From contig CM060733.1 in assembly GCA_030704615.1 (NCBI GenBank), positions 49,972,001 to 50,036,000 of the forward strand: 64,000 nucleotides of DNA. Reading direction: 5' to 3'. Below the pieces are notes generated by a model. That model was not told the DNA's origin. It did no database searches and saw nothing but the letters and a program-made list of their open reading frames with translations. This DNA comes from Takakia lepidozioides (lineage: Eukaryota > Plantae > Bryophyta). The first letter of the stretch is position 1. Every line of letters starts with the position of its first letter. The position numbers and the translations under genes were made by a program. Below are positions 8,924 to 21,408 of this stretch, one piece after another.

Positions 8924-10741
8924 ATGTCGTCCGTGCAGCTCTTGAGCCGTCTGCCTGCACCTAAGCACACCATAGAAACAGCTTATGATGTGGCCGCAGA
9001 TGCATGGTTCCAGAGGCGCATAGAGGCGTCCAAACCCCAGGTTCTTACACAGTTCAAGGAGCCACCTCCTTATGGAAAGCGGGCGGGGTTTGTTCCTCGG
9101 AAAGTGGAAGATTTTGGAGATGGAGGAGCGTTCCCGGAGATTCATGTTGCGCAGTATCCTTTGGACATGGGCAGGAAGGAGGAAAGGATTGATAGCAAGA
9201 TCCTTCCGGTGAGTGTGGATGCTGAGGGAAACATCGCCTTCGATGCCATAGTAAAACAAGCAGAAAATGCATCGAAGACGGTGTTTTCTCAGCACAAGGA
9301 TCTCATCCCCAAGCTCCCTAATGAGGCAGATACAGAGAGGCCAGGGGAGGAAGAGATTAAAGAAACTACGGACAGAACAAAGGCTGCCCTCGAGAAGATT
9401 GTGGGTGCCAGGTTGAGCGCGGCACAGCCTAAGAGTGTACAATCTCAGTCAACTGTTCCTTCCTACATCAAATACAAACCTTCTCAGCAATCAGCAGCAT
9501 TCAACTCGGGGGCAAAGGAAAGGATCATTCGTATGGTGGAAATGCCAAAGGATCCTCTTGAACCCCCGAAATTCAAACATAAGAGGGTTCCGAAGGCGTC
9601 GGGCTCCCCCCCGGTCCCTGTCATGCATTCTCCACCGCGGCCTGTCACAGTTAAGGATCAACAGGACTGGAAGATACCCCCTTGTATCTCAAACTGGAAA
9701 AATCCTAAAGGATATACAATTCCTCTTGACAAGAGGCTAGCGGCTGACGGGAGAGGTCTTCAAGAAGTCCAAATCAATGACAACTTCGCAAAGTTGTCGG
9801 AGGCATTGTATGTTGCGGAACAAAAGGCTCGAGAGGCAGTGGAAATGCGGTCCAAAATTCAGAGAGAGTTGCAGCTGAAGGAAAAGGAGAAGAAGGAGAT
9901 GGAGCTCCGAATGCTGGCTCAAAGGGCTAGGATGGAGAGAGCAGGAGGGGGTGCTCCAGGGGTTGAAAGAGCTGCAGTTCCTGGCAGTGGTGAGAGAGGT
10001 GGTGGTGTTAACCTTGATAGAAAGATGGATGACTCTGAGGGCGGTAGAGTGGGCTGGAAAGAAGACAGAATCAAGGAGACCAAGGATGAGAGAGAAGAAA
10101 GGCTTAAGCGTGAGGCACTGCGAGAAGAGAGACGGAGGGAGAGAGAGAGGGAGCGCAGGCTTGAGGCCAAAGATGGGCAAGTAGGCAAGAAAAGCAAGAT
10201 CACTAGGGACAGAGACAGGGACATCAGTGAGAAAATGGCACTTGGAATGGCAAGTACTGGTACTGGTGGTGGGGAAATCATGTATGATCAGCGGTTGTTC
10301 AACACAGAGAAGGGCATGGAATCAGGGTTTGCCGCAGATGACTCTTATAATGTATATGACAAGGGATTGTTCACCTCTCACTCAGGGCTTGGTGGGCTCT
10401 ATCGGCCCCGGAAGGATAACGACGCGGAGGTGTATGGGGGTGCTGATGAGCAGCTGGACAAGGTACTTAAGACAGATCGATTTCGAGCTGATAAAGGATT
10501 TGCAGGGACCACCGAGAGAGCTGGGCCCCGTGACAGGCCTGTTGAATTTGAGAAAGATGCAGAGGAGGCAGATCCTTTTGGTTTGGATCAGTTTTTGACA
10601 GAGGTGAAGAAGGGGAAGAAGGGAGTGGACAGAGCGGGAGGGGGAGGCACTATGCGAGCAAGTGCCGGGTCAGGGAACAAGGAGAGCTATGAGGGTGGAT
10701 CCAGTCGGAGCCGTGTGGAGTTTGAGCGTGGGGGTCGGTGA
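8924..10741 (+). CDS. SKIP: SNW/SKI-interacting protein (Prp45/SNW1 splicing factor and transcriptional co-regulator), intronless CDS
   Basis: Hallmark motifs FGDGGAFPEIHVAQYPLDMG, DPLEPPKFKHK, PPVPVMHSPP, WKIPPCISNWKNPKGYTIPLDKRLAADGRGL and DPFGLDQFL. First ATG is at 8924 (the ORF track starts at a TTG at 8879). Confidence 0.96.
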   Translation: MSSVQLLSRLPAPKHTIETAYDVAADAWFQRRIEASKPQVLTQFKEPPPYGKRAGFVPRKVEDFGDGGAFPEIHVAQYPLDMGRKEERIDSKILPVSVDAEGNIAFDAIVKQAENASKTVFSQHKDLIPKLPNEADTERPGEEEIKETTDRTKAALEKIVGARLSAAQPKSVQSQSTVPSYIKYKPSQQSAAFNSGAKERIIRMVEMPKDPLEPPKFKHKRVPKASGSPPVPVMHSPPRPVTVKDQQDWKIPPCISNWKNPKGYTIPLDKRLAADGRGLQEVQINDNFAKLSEALYVAEQKAREAVEMRSKIQRELQLKEKEKKEMELRMLAQRARMERAGGGAPGVERAAVPGSGERGGGVNLDRKMDDSEGGRVGWKEDRIKETKDEREERLKREALREERRRERERERRLEAKDGQVGKKSKITRDRDRDISEKMALGMASTGTGGGEIMYDQRLFNTEKGMESGFAADDSYNVYDKGLFTSHSGLGGLYRPRKDNDAEVYGGADEQLDKVLKTDRFRADKGFAGTTERAGPRDRPVEFEKDAEEADPFGLDQFLTEVKKGKKGVDRAGGGGTMRASAGSGNKESYEGGSSRSRVEFERGGR

Positions 10742-12142
10742 TTGCAAAAGCTGATATACTGAATCAGGTTTCTGGTCTTCTAAATTTGCAACTGTTAGTC
10801 ATCAATCTGATTGGTTGCAGAAGGGGAGTCATGCCCTCCTTCCTTGCATCTGTCTTTCCCTCTCTCTCTCTGCACTTGTGCACTCACAAAACATCTCCAA
10901 GTTGAAAGCCACGTCAAATTTCTTGAAGTTTTCTGAAGTGAAGGATAGATAGATAGATTCCATATTTCGGTGCACGCGGTAGGGACGAGGAATCAGCCAA
11001 AGGTTGGGGGGTGAAGGATTCAGGTGGCATGGAAGTACATAAAGTACTGACATTAGTTTCCGCTTTGAGTGATATTGCAGAAATGCACCATTGGACACAC
11101 CTACAGGAGGTTCATTTCATTCATATCTTCAGTACATGAGATAAGTGGTGATAAGTCCCAGCTGTACAAGTTTGAAAGAGCTGTACAAGTTCAAAAGGGG
11201 CGTCTCGCAACCCAGATATAGCTTGTTCCTTGAAGAACACCATTTGTATGTAACATACCCAAGTTCAGATCATTTTGGCTTTCCATGTAACCCAGAACAT
11301 TTCTAGTGAAGTGCAAATATGTATAGTTAAACGTAATGGGCTCTTGTCTGACGCAGAGAAGATTACTGTGGCCCCTATGCAGAGTGGTGGGCAAATGGCT
11401 GACAAGAAGCTGTTGGCACTGCTAAGGTATCTATGTGCATTTCCAGTTGTTTAAGGTGCTAAACTGGCTTCTGTGCAGACACCATTGGCTCCAACTGCAG
11501 AGATGGAGTCAAATGATACGGGTGGAAGATAAAGGCCATGCATGCAGCATTGTCCATGCTTTTTTAAACTTATACCTAGTTCGTGAGAAGCTGCAAGCTT
11601 TCATTGTGTTGAATCACATGTCAATTCCCAGGATTGACATTCCATTGACAATGTTGTGCGCTCCACCCTCCAGCTGCTTCAGGTTGTAAGTCTTGCTGGT
11701 TTGGCCACAAGCAAACTCTGTGTGTGCAACAAGTGCCCTAAGATGCTTGAAATAGGTGACGGATATCTGAACTCTGAAGAGCAGGTTTACAATGATAATA
11801 CCACAATAGTGATTAGCAGCACCATAAACGCAGACAGTCAGCCCAAATACTTACTGACCAGGAATTGAGAAGAGAAGCACTGGCAAAGTAGTGGAATACT
11901 AAATCTCTGCAGCACTATCATCTAATTGAGCTTCATCTCCAATCTCCACCTCCAGTACCTCCTGCAAGGTGACCAACCATCACTTGGTGAACTTTTGTGC
12001 AAATGCTTGTTAAGCTTGCCTGTAGAGAGACCTGAACAACCTTAAGGCTAAAGTGTCCTTCAGCATAAAACTGCTAGGGCAAACACGGACACCGTGGGCT
12101 CACTTCCACATCACACTCTTCCTGGCAGAGTGGAGTCACGTA

Positions 12143-12244
12143 CTAACACTGCATCTCATCACTCACCATAAGTTTCAAGCATTATCTTCTTCCTAACACT
12201 GCATCTCATCACTCACCATAAGTTTCAAGCATTATCTTCTTCCT
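12143..12244. repeat. Perfect 50-bp tandem duplication
   Basis: ctaacactgcatctcatcactcaccataagtttcaagcattatcttcttc twice (12143-12192, 12193-12242). Confidence 0.95.
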
Positions 12245-12820
12245 GTGTGTGTTCTTGGGATCATGTCAAATACATTGCCGCCATGTAGTAAAGGTCATGA
12301 TGCTCCTGCACTTAACATACATGTGGACAAGGGTGTTGAGTAGAAAAACAATTGGCGGCGTGAATCCATGGAGTGCAGTGATTCCCTGTGAAAGGATAGG
12401 TACAAGAAACTTGCATGGGTAGATGGTCAACTGGAAGCCGCAGCAGCAGCGGCACAATTGATAAAATCAGGCACTGCTAATGAAGGCACCTTCTTCAACA
12501 CATTTCACCCTGTTTTTCCCTCTTATCAGAATCGGCCCTAAATTTCCATGTTGAATTCTGCAAGTTAGCTAGTTGAGTGAACCTTTGATATCTAGTTTGG
12601 AGTGACTTTGACATGATACTGCCGATGTGACAACAGGAAAGTATCCAGAAATAGGTAACAGAGACGACAATCGAGGCAAAAAGGTCAATGCATGTTGGAT
12701 TACAGAGAGAGTAGCAGATGCAATTGAGCATATGAATAGTGTGATAAGTTGAGTTGGATGTTTCCTAGAACAAATCTAGGCTGTCATTGTCAGCTGCTAG
12801 CAGCAAGGCAAGGATGCAGG
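12143..12820. pseudogene. Scrambled pseudogene fragments of the PDF-PPR gene family
   Basis: Minus-strand PPR piece (VFLLNTLVHMYVKCRSI, about 12270-12390). It is followed by a plus-strand KKLAWVDGQLEAAAAA piece homologous to about 1400-1465, then intron and PDF-exon sequence homologous to about 855-1265 with an internal deletion. Confidence 0.8.
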
Positions 12821-13379
12821 GGGTGGGAGTTTCTTGGTCTCAATCCTTGATGACCACTAGAGGTGGATATTGGCTACAACACACCATCCAGGGTTCAGTC
12901 CCCTTTGGTTATTAACCCATGCAGGAGCTTATTCTGGGGAGTAAAAATTTGGCACGGGACTGTGATTTCACTGCCTATCACTCTACTTGTTTGTATTTGT
13001 GTGTGTGAGAGGGAAAGAGATTAGAGATTAAGTAATCTCTTAAACGAATGGAGTCTATTGGAAGTGTATGCTAGTATGCATCCCTCATTATGAGCTGATG
13101 AAGATGTTTGTGTTAGTGGTGTTTGCATGCAGACCAAGTAACAAGCATAGAATTTCTTCAACAGGAATACATGTCAGCAACGTCAGAGTGGTGGGTTAAC
13201 AGGCCTGGAAAGCTTATCTGTTACCATGTTATTTCTAGTTGGCACTTTACCTGTGCATGCATGATGATGTATCCGTTAGACTGGACCATGACTTCAGTGC
13301 GTTGATTAATGATAATGAGATGTTTGTCTAGCACACTCATGGTAGTGGTTCTCATTATTGGATCTGTCTATTATTAATC

Positions 13380-14478
13380 TATGCATGCCGTGTTTCAATC
13401 TTTGCCTGCTCAGCTACACCGTGGTGGTTCTCACAGACCAATCCGACATTACCTGATTTCCCTGTTATCAGGATCCGCCCTAAATTTCCATGTTGGATTC
13501 TGCAAGTTAGTTGGTTGAGTGAACCTTTGATAGTTTGGAGTGACTTTGACATGATACTGGCAATGTGACAACAAGAAAGTATCCAGAAACAGGTAACAGA
13601 GACGAGGAGAAGCTGTGGAATGAATACTTTTCTTACCCCAGTCAATGGTGGGACAATCGAGGCAAAAAGGTGAATGTCTGTTGGAGTAAAGAGAGTAGCA
13701 GATGCAATTGAGCATAGGAACTGGTGTGATAAGCTGAGTTGGGTGTTTCCTAGAACAAATCTAGGCTGTCATTGTCAGCTCCTAGCAGCAAGGCAAGGAT
13801 GTATGCATGATTTGTGCAGAGGCATGGAGGAGCAGGGATAGAGTGTGGGTCCAGATTCATCCAAGAGGACCAGACTTCAAGCTCTAGATTACCTATGATT
13901 CCTTGTGGATCAATAGCTACAAGAAACCTGCATGGGTAGATGGTCAATTAAAGGCAGCGGCTGTAGTGGCACAGTTGATAAATCAGGCACCTCAACCATG
14001 ACCACAGCTTCTGAAAGAGGACAAGAGAGGGAGTCCACAATGCCTCTTTTGGCACTTCTGGGCATGTGAAGATGTTTTGTGCGGCAGACAGACTGACAGA
14101 GGCTCTTAAGACTTTAAACCAATGAGGCAATATTTCAGCAGATTCAAATACGCATGACTGTCTCTTGCTTAAGTGCATCAAGATGGAAGGTCTGGAAGCT
14201 GGAAAGCGGATGCACACTCATGATATCCAAAATTCTGTTTAGGCACAGTTGTCGTACATCCATATTCATGCTCTCACATTTAGCATACATATAAATAAGG
14301 GTATTCTCCAAAATGATATCTGGCGCAATTCCACTGTTATTGATGGCAATATGGACCTGTAGGCTGGCACAGACATTGAGAATGCAAGTGAATATGACCC
14401 TGTCAGATCCCGATGCATTCGCTCATAGACCTCGTAAGCCTCCCCACCATTGAAACACGGCCTGTCAGATCCCGCTGC
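13380..14478 (+). pseudogene. Pseudogene paralog of the PDF-PPR-DYW gene 5' region, followed by an inverted PPR fragment and interrupted by the Gypsy element
   Basis: Colinear homology with about 640-1700: TNPTLPDF (13437), DEEKLWNEYFSYPSQWWDNRGKK|GT (13601-13669), AG|IHPRGPDFKL-stop(13885) and the first L motif. 14230-14478 and 21409-21460 carry a minus-strand PPR remnant. Confidence 0.88.
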
Positions 14479-15203
14479 TGTCGCGCATCTCACTTCGGTA
14501 AGCTCCCCTTCAAGTCGTAGTTACTCGCTTTGATGCGCGCACCTAACTCCCAAACTGGCCGTCGGGCCAACTCGAAGCTTCGGCTGCTCACCGGGACATA
14601 ACGGTCCCCCTTTACTCCTCCACAAGACCCTCTCTCAATTTGGGCCTAGTGGAAATTCCCTTTGGATGTTGACAGTCCGGAACAACTCCCCACACCTTGG
14701 TCGCTTTCCGGCTCGCACGCTTACTCACTAGTTTTTGGTCACCAACGGGCTTGCACCATTCTCAGGGTTACTACTCCCTATATATACTTCTGTAACTGTC
14801 TGCGGGGATTTCACAAACAACCCAGTCATTTTATGGCGAACCACCATGAAAACCCTCGATCCCGGTGATGAGTCGTGGTGAGTCTTGGCCCACCCACCAC
14901 GGCCCCATTGGACCGTGATGAGTCCCAAGACTCCCCACGACTCCCACCACAAGGTCTCCGCCCCCATGGTGAGTCCTATGTCACCCCCACTAAGTCCCAC
15001 TAAGCTACCACCACCCCTCGTGGAACCACCCCCACCGCAACCCGGTGTGCGGGGCTCCACCTAGTGAGCGCCTCCGCCTCCTTAAGTGCCTTGGGGACTC
15101 AATGGTGCTTCAGCCCCCGTATCTATTGTTGCCACTGCCCCCACCATAGGGGCAGCCCCTCTTGTGTCCCGACCCCCTGCCCTCAAGGCGAAGGGCCGCG
15201 ACA
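14479..15203 (-). repeat. 3' LTR of the chromovirus (725 bp)
   Basis: TG...CA ends; direct repeat of 20697-21408; adjacent PPT ggtaggggtgtg on the minus strand (15204-15215). Confidence 0.95.
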
Positions 15204-16099
15204 CACACCCCTACCAACAGGGAGTCGATGTCCTCATCGACTTGTCCATTTTGTAGAAACGAACATCCCAAGTTGTGGCGTCCCACATCAAGGAGTTTGT
15301 TTCGGTACCATGGCGTCCCATGACAAAGAACCAAACCCCCACTTGACTCAACTCTCCACTAGCTAGTTCGGTCGACTTCCTCCAAGTCCTGGCCAAGGGT
15401 GGAGCTTCTCAAACTCCTCCCAGTGCACTCTTCTTGGCCCACTTCAAGGCCAATGAACGATCCTCCCCTGAGGATCAAATCGTCTTACTGCAACAACATT
15501 GCTTGCGACCGCTCATGATGCCGCTTTTGGCATCACTTTGAGCAAGGGTTCGCCTACCCTTTTTTACTAGGCAGATAACCTTGAACCAACCGTGCGCCCC
15601 AATCACTACAATTGGATCCGCCTTGGAATGTTGGCCTGAAGTACGGGAACACGCCGAAGCCGCACTACGACTTCGCCCTGAGGCTACACGATTATAGTAC
15701 GTGAACGGAAGCACGTAGCTTCCGCGTTAGCCCACACTACAATGCAACCCCCTCGGTAGCGCAGTTATAGTACGCGCACGTGCCAGGTGCGCATTAGCAT
15801 GTGAACTCCCAAAGAAGGCGCAAGTTTCTTTGCCCCTTGGATGGGAGTCACCCGATTTCGGCACTATGCAAACACACGATTAATCCAATTTACCTCTCCC
15901 ACTTTTGTAAACTAGCATGCATCCTACACACTAGCCAACCATACCATGCATCACTATTCCAAACAAAATAGGAAGCACAACATTTGGAAACCATTTCATT
16001 TATAACAAAATTTGTACAACACAAGTTTTTGCGGATTCCTGAGCTAGCTAAGCCGGACTAAGCATGCATTTCCTCCCCCACGCTTCAAGGTTGATGTCC

Positions 16100-19000
16100 C
16101 CATCAACGCTTCTTCCGCTTTTGAGGTCGCCCTTCGAAAGCTGCAACCGCCTCGGATGCGTTTCCCATTTCTGAGGCACGCACCCAAGTTGCCTCCACTT
16201 GATGATAGCCCTTCCATTTCACGAGATACTCCATTTCTCGATTCTAGAACCTCCTCGATTTAAGCACTGCCTCCACCTTGTACTCAGGTTCATTTTCATG
16301 ATCCAACAGCACAGGTGGCGGACGCAACACTTGATGCCGATTCGGATGTGCTTCATCTTTGAAATAAGGCTTCAAAACGGAGACATGGAATACCAGATGC
16401 ACCTTGCTGTTTGCCGGTAGCTCCAATTCATACACATCCTCATTCCGGATGCGAAATGGTCCCGCATACAGAGGTACGAACTTCGGACTCACTTCCGGAG
16501 GTAGTCGGAAATTCTTGATGTTCAACCAGACCTCCGTGCCTGCCTCAAACTTAACTTCCCTCCGCTTCCGATTCGCCTGCCGTTCATACCGTTTCCTAGC
16601 TTTGGCAATGTTGTACTTTGCGAGCTTCAACAAACGCTCGCGTTCTTTCAGCACAGCTGCTGCTGCCAGTTCCTCAACGTCTTGGGCGGCCCAACTTGTC
16701 GGCACCAGAGGTGCTTTTCCATAGACCAATACGAAAGGGGAAACTCCCGTTGCGGAGTGTTTTGTGTTATTATAACAGAATTCTGTCGCATCCAAGTGCT
16801 CCACCCAGTCCGATTGGTCTGCCAACACGTAATTCCGCAGGATCTGCTTCACCACGGAATTCACCCTTTCCGTTTGGCCGTCCGTCGTAGGTCGGAAGGC
16901 GGTGCTCATCTTGAGCCTCGTCCCCATTTTCTTCCAAAGTGTCCTCCAAAATTTACTTGTAAATTTTGGATCGCGGTTCGAGACAATATCCTTCGGGAGT
17001 CCATGATGCTTGAAGACGTGGGCGAAGTAAAGTCACCCCGTCTCCTGCGCCGTTGCCGTCTCCTTGGTGGGGATGAAATGGCCCATTTTACTGAACCTAT
17101 CCACCACCATCATGATTGCATCGAATCCTTTTGATAGCGGCATAATAGTCATGAAATCCATCGAGACACTTTCCTAAGACCCCTCTAGAATCGGCAAAGG
17201 TTGTAATAGCCCCGCTTGCTTTTTGTACTCGCTCCGGTTTTGTTGGCATGTGGTGCATGTCTTGACATACTCCTCGGCCTCCTCCCTTAGTTTGGGCCAA
17301 AAATACTCTTTCTTCAAGAGTGGTGCGGTGCGTTTGGCTCCGTCGTGGCCCGCAAGCGGGCCATCATGGCATTCTCTCAAGAGACTATCTCTGATCCCTC
17401 CCTTCGGCACGTAGAGACACTTTTGCTTGTACCGGAGCAGTCCATTTTGCAAGTGGAACTGCGATTCAACCCCCATCCTCAAGTCCCGTATCATGGACTT
17501 CGTCATCTCATCCTTCCGGTAAGCCTTCCGGATCTTCCTTTAGAGCGCCATCTCGCCCCTGTACACCAACATGAGCTGTTGCTTTCTACTTAAAGCATCG
17601 GCCACCACATTGTCCCATCTCGTTTTGTACTGGATATCCACGTCGAACACTGCCAAAGTGTCTTGTCACCTAAGTTGTTTTGGGGACAACTTATGTTGTG
17701 TGGCAAAATACGTCACCATGACATTGTCCGTAAACACCTTCACCGGGTTGGAACCAACATAGTGGCGCCAAAGCTCAAGGCAATGCACCACCATCTTCAT
17801 CTCTTTCTTGTGCGTTGGCCATCGTCGCTCCACTTCATTCAGTTTCTTACTTTCGTAAGCCACTGGACGTCCATCCTGCATGAGCACACCCCCAATTGTG
17901 AAGTCCGACGCATCTGTATGAATCTCAAATGGACGATCGAACTCCGTAATTTTTAGGACTGGAGCTTCCGCCATCCGCTGCTTCAACTCGGCAAAAACTT
18001 GGCTACAAAAGGTGTTCCATACCCATACCTTGGACTTACACAGAAGGTCCGACAGCGGCCCCGCGATCTTGGCGAAATTTCTCACATGCTTTCGGTAATA
18101 GGAGGCGAGTCCTAGGAAGGATTGCACACCCGGGACCGAAGTCGGAGGCTCCCAGTCCAAGATCGCCCTCACATTTCTGTCATCCATTTTGATCCCATCT
18201 TGTCTAATCACATGCCCTAAGAACTCCACTTTTGTTACCCCAAATTCGCACTTTAAAGCTTTGGCATACAGCTTCCCTTCCCGCAATTTCTGGAACACCT
18301 TTTTGAGGTGCTCCAGGTGCTCTTCCTTTGTTTTCGAGTACACCAAGATGTCGTCGATGTACACGATCACAAAGTCATCCAACCACTCTTGGAAAAGGCT
18401 GTTCATTAGCGTGCTCGCGGGTGCGTTTGTGAGCCCAAAAGGCATCACCAATAACTCATATGAACCATATCTTGTCCTGCACGCGGTCTTCTCCTCATCT
18501 CCTTCCGCCACTCGGATTTGATGGTAGCCCGAGCGCAAATCGTTCCGGCTGAAATACTTTGCTCCTGCCAACCGATCGAAGAGGTCGTCGATCCTTGGAA
18601 AAGAGTACCGGTTCTTGATAGTCATCTTATTCAGAGCCCTGTAATCGACACACATCCGCAGCGTCCCATCCTTCTTGTTTGCGAATAGCACCGGGGCTCC
18701 GTAAGGTGACTTACTCGGCCGGATGTACCCTTTGACATTAGATCCTTGAGCTGAGCCTTTAGCTCGACTAACTCTATGTGGCTCAACCGGTAGGGCGCCT
18801 TGGCAGGCGGCTCCGATCCCGGTATCACCTCAATCTTGTGGTCAACTCCTCTTCGCGGTGGCAAGCCGCTTGGTAAATCCTCCGGCATTACATCCTGGTA
18901 TTTCTCCAAGATCCCCTTGATCCAATCTGGGCTCGGCTCCCTATCGCCTTCTCCCTCCACTTGTCTTACGTAAAGCAAGAACTGGGGCTCGTGTGGCTCC

Positions 19001-20642
19001 TCCACGGCCCACTCATTTGCTAACAGCAGGTTTATTCGCCCTCCCACTGGGTTGGGCGTTTCCGACACTCGTAAAACTTCGCCACCATTCCCACACGGTA
19101 GCGTGACTACTCTCTTGCGGCCATCTATGACCGCTCCTGATTTGCTCAAAAATGTCATCCCCAAAATGATATCCACTCCATCGATCTCGCAAATGGTGAA
19201 GTTCTCACCTCCCTCCCAACTCCCCAGCTGAAGAGGAACATCGAACGCCAACCTCGTCGCCAGTTGTGGTTCTCCTTTGGCAGAATGCACTTCAATAGAG
19301 GCCCCCACATCACTTGTCAGGAGCCCGAGCTTTCGTGCCGTTGCCGGTGTCATGAAAGAGTGCGACGCTTCTGTGTCCACCAACAACGACACGTTATTTC
19401 CGGAAATTATCCCACTCACGAACATTAACTCACTCCCTTTACGCAAGGGGCCAGTCTCCTGATACAACTCACAAGAGTAGTTGCCTACCTTGCAAGTCTT
19501 GGCAACCACCGCTTCCACCAAGTGGCTGATGGAATCTTCGGACAGCTCCGTGGTTGCCCGAGTCATGTTCAATTGTCGGGGTTTCGCGCACTTCTTGGCC
19601 ATGTGCCCGGGCTCCCCACAATTAAAGCACACTCCATCGAAGGTCGCCTTCTGTCCGCCATAAGCTGTCGCACCTGATTTTCCTTTCAGAGCACCGAGTG
19701 TCGCCTGGACGTGTGAAGGTCGTCCCTTCGATTTCTATGTGCCATTGTCGCCGCGTGGCCTATCCCACTTTTTTTCCGGTCGGAAGGAGTCACCCTCCCG
19801 CCGAGTCTTCTTGTGGTTCAGCTCCGTATGGCCTTGTCTTTCGTCCCTAGGGACATCCGAGAAACATTCAGCCATTTCAATTGCCTCGTTTAAAGTGGCT
19901 TCTCCTCCAACTTCCGCCTGGCCCATGGGGCCAGTCCCGCCACAAAGTTGAAGACCATTTCTGGTTCCGCCATATCCGCGACTTTGAGCAACAGCACATT
20001 GAAAGCCTGAACATATCCCCGAATGTCATCCGTTTCCTTCAAGTTCCTCATCTTGTCCCGGGCGAGCCAAGACGTATTGAGGGGAACAAACTGTCTTTTC
20101 ATAAGTTCCTTGAACCCAATCCAGTTGAAGGTTTCCGGGTTTGGACCTCGGTCATGAAGGCGTTTCTGCCACCATTGTTGAGCATAGCCCCTCAAATAAG
20201 TGGGAGCCACTTCCACCCGATCCTCGTCACTCAACTTGGCCGCCCGGAAGTATTGCTCCAGCTCCAAGAGCCAGGTGTTCAGTGCCTTCCGATTTCGGAT
20301 GCCCTCGAAGGTGCCGGGTTCTTTAGGCTTCACCTTAAACTTTGTCTTAGTGGAGTGGCATTAGCCGCCCTCAACACGTCTTTCAATGTCCCGCCAAACT
20401 GCACTAACAACCTTTCCCAAAAGGCTGCTGGCATGGGATGCATCTGTTGGTCTGCCAGAGCCTCCGGGAAGTCCTCGGGCTCCGACTCCCCAGATTCCTC
20501 CCGTTCTTGAGCAGCCTCGCTTTCAAAAGCATGAATCGCCTCCTCAAATTGCCGCTTTGGTGACACGTTGCCTCCACCGGGCTCATCAGGATCATCATCT
20601 TTCGGGCCATTCCGCTTTCGCTTTGGCTTGCCCGACCCCATG
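16100..20642 (-). pseudogene. Frameshifted gag-pol polyprotein of the chromovirus
   Basis: Gag (19890-20333), CFNCGEPGHMAKKC knuckle, protease with LVDTEAS (DTG mutated), RT YIDD, RNase H TDAS, integrase HHCC and PTTDGQTER, and chromodomain EYKVEAVL...YLVKWKGY...ATW with an internal stop at 16244. Confidence 0.92.
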
Positions 20643-20683
20643 ATGAGGCCGATCTCAAGGACGATCGCGTACTGAACTCTAAG

Positions 20684-20694
20684 TTCTGATACCA
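20684..20694 (-). promoter_or_regulatory. Primer binding site complementary to initiator tRNA-Met
   Basis: Minus-strand TGGTATCAGAA, 2 nt from the 5' LTR. Confidence 0.85.
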
Positions 20695-20696
20695 AG

Positions 20697-21408
20697 TGTC
20701 GCGCACCTCACTTCGGTAAACTCCTCTTCAAGTCATAGTCACTCGCTTTGATGCGCGCGCCTAACTCCCAAACTGGCCGTCAGGCCAACTCGGAGCTTCG
20801 GCTGCTCACCGGGACATAACGGTCCCCCTTTACTCCTCCACAAGACCCTCTCTCAATTTGGGCCTAGTGGAAATTCCCTTTGGATGTTGACAGTCCTGAA
20901 CAGCTCCCCACACCTTGGTCGCTTTCCGGCTCGCACGCTTACTCACTAGTTTTTGGTCACCAACGGGCTTGCACCGTTCTCGGGGTTACTACTCCCTATA
21001 TATACTTCTGTGATTGTCCGCGGGGGTTTCACAAACAACCCAGTCATTTTATGGCGAACCACCACGAAAATCCTCGATTCTCGGTGATAAGTCGCGGTGA
21101 GTCTTGGCCCACCCACCATGGCCCCATTGGACCGTGATGAGTCCCAAGACTCCCCACGACTCCCACCACAAGGTCTCCACCCCCATGGTGAGTCCTATGC
21201 CACCCCCACTAAGTCCCACTAAGCTACCACCACCCCCACCGCAACCCGGTGTGCGGGGCTCCACCTAGTGAGCGCCTCCGCCTCCTTAAGTGCCTTGGGC
21301 ACTCAAGGGTGCTTCAGCCCCCGTATTTATTGTTGCCACTGCCCCCACCACAGGGGCAACCCATCTTGTGTCCCGACCTCCCTGCCCTCAAGGCGAAGGG
21401 CCGCGACA
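20697..21408 (-). repeat. 5' LTR of the chromovirus (712 bp)
   Basis: TG...CA ends; followed on the minus strand by the PBS TGGTATCAGAA. Confidence 0.95.

Larger units (their letters stand above)
14479..21408 (-). mobile_element. Full-length Ty3/Gypsy chromovirus LTR retrotransposon, inactivated
   Basis: Paired LTRs TGTCGCG...CGCGACA, 5-bp TSD GCTGC (14474-14478, 21409-21413), tRNA-iMet PBS, PPT, and domain order gag-CCHC-PR-RT-RH-INT-chromo. Confidence 0.97.

Noticed and set aside
8699-10598. Overlapping alternative-frame and antisense ORFs across SKIP, and the TTG start at 8879
   Set aside because: By-products of a purine-rich coding strand; no motifs.
11400-12120. Possible decayed coding sequence downstream of SKIP
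   Set aside because: Only short ORFs, and I could not recognise any family.
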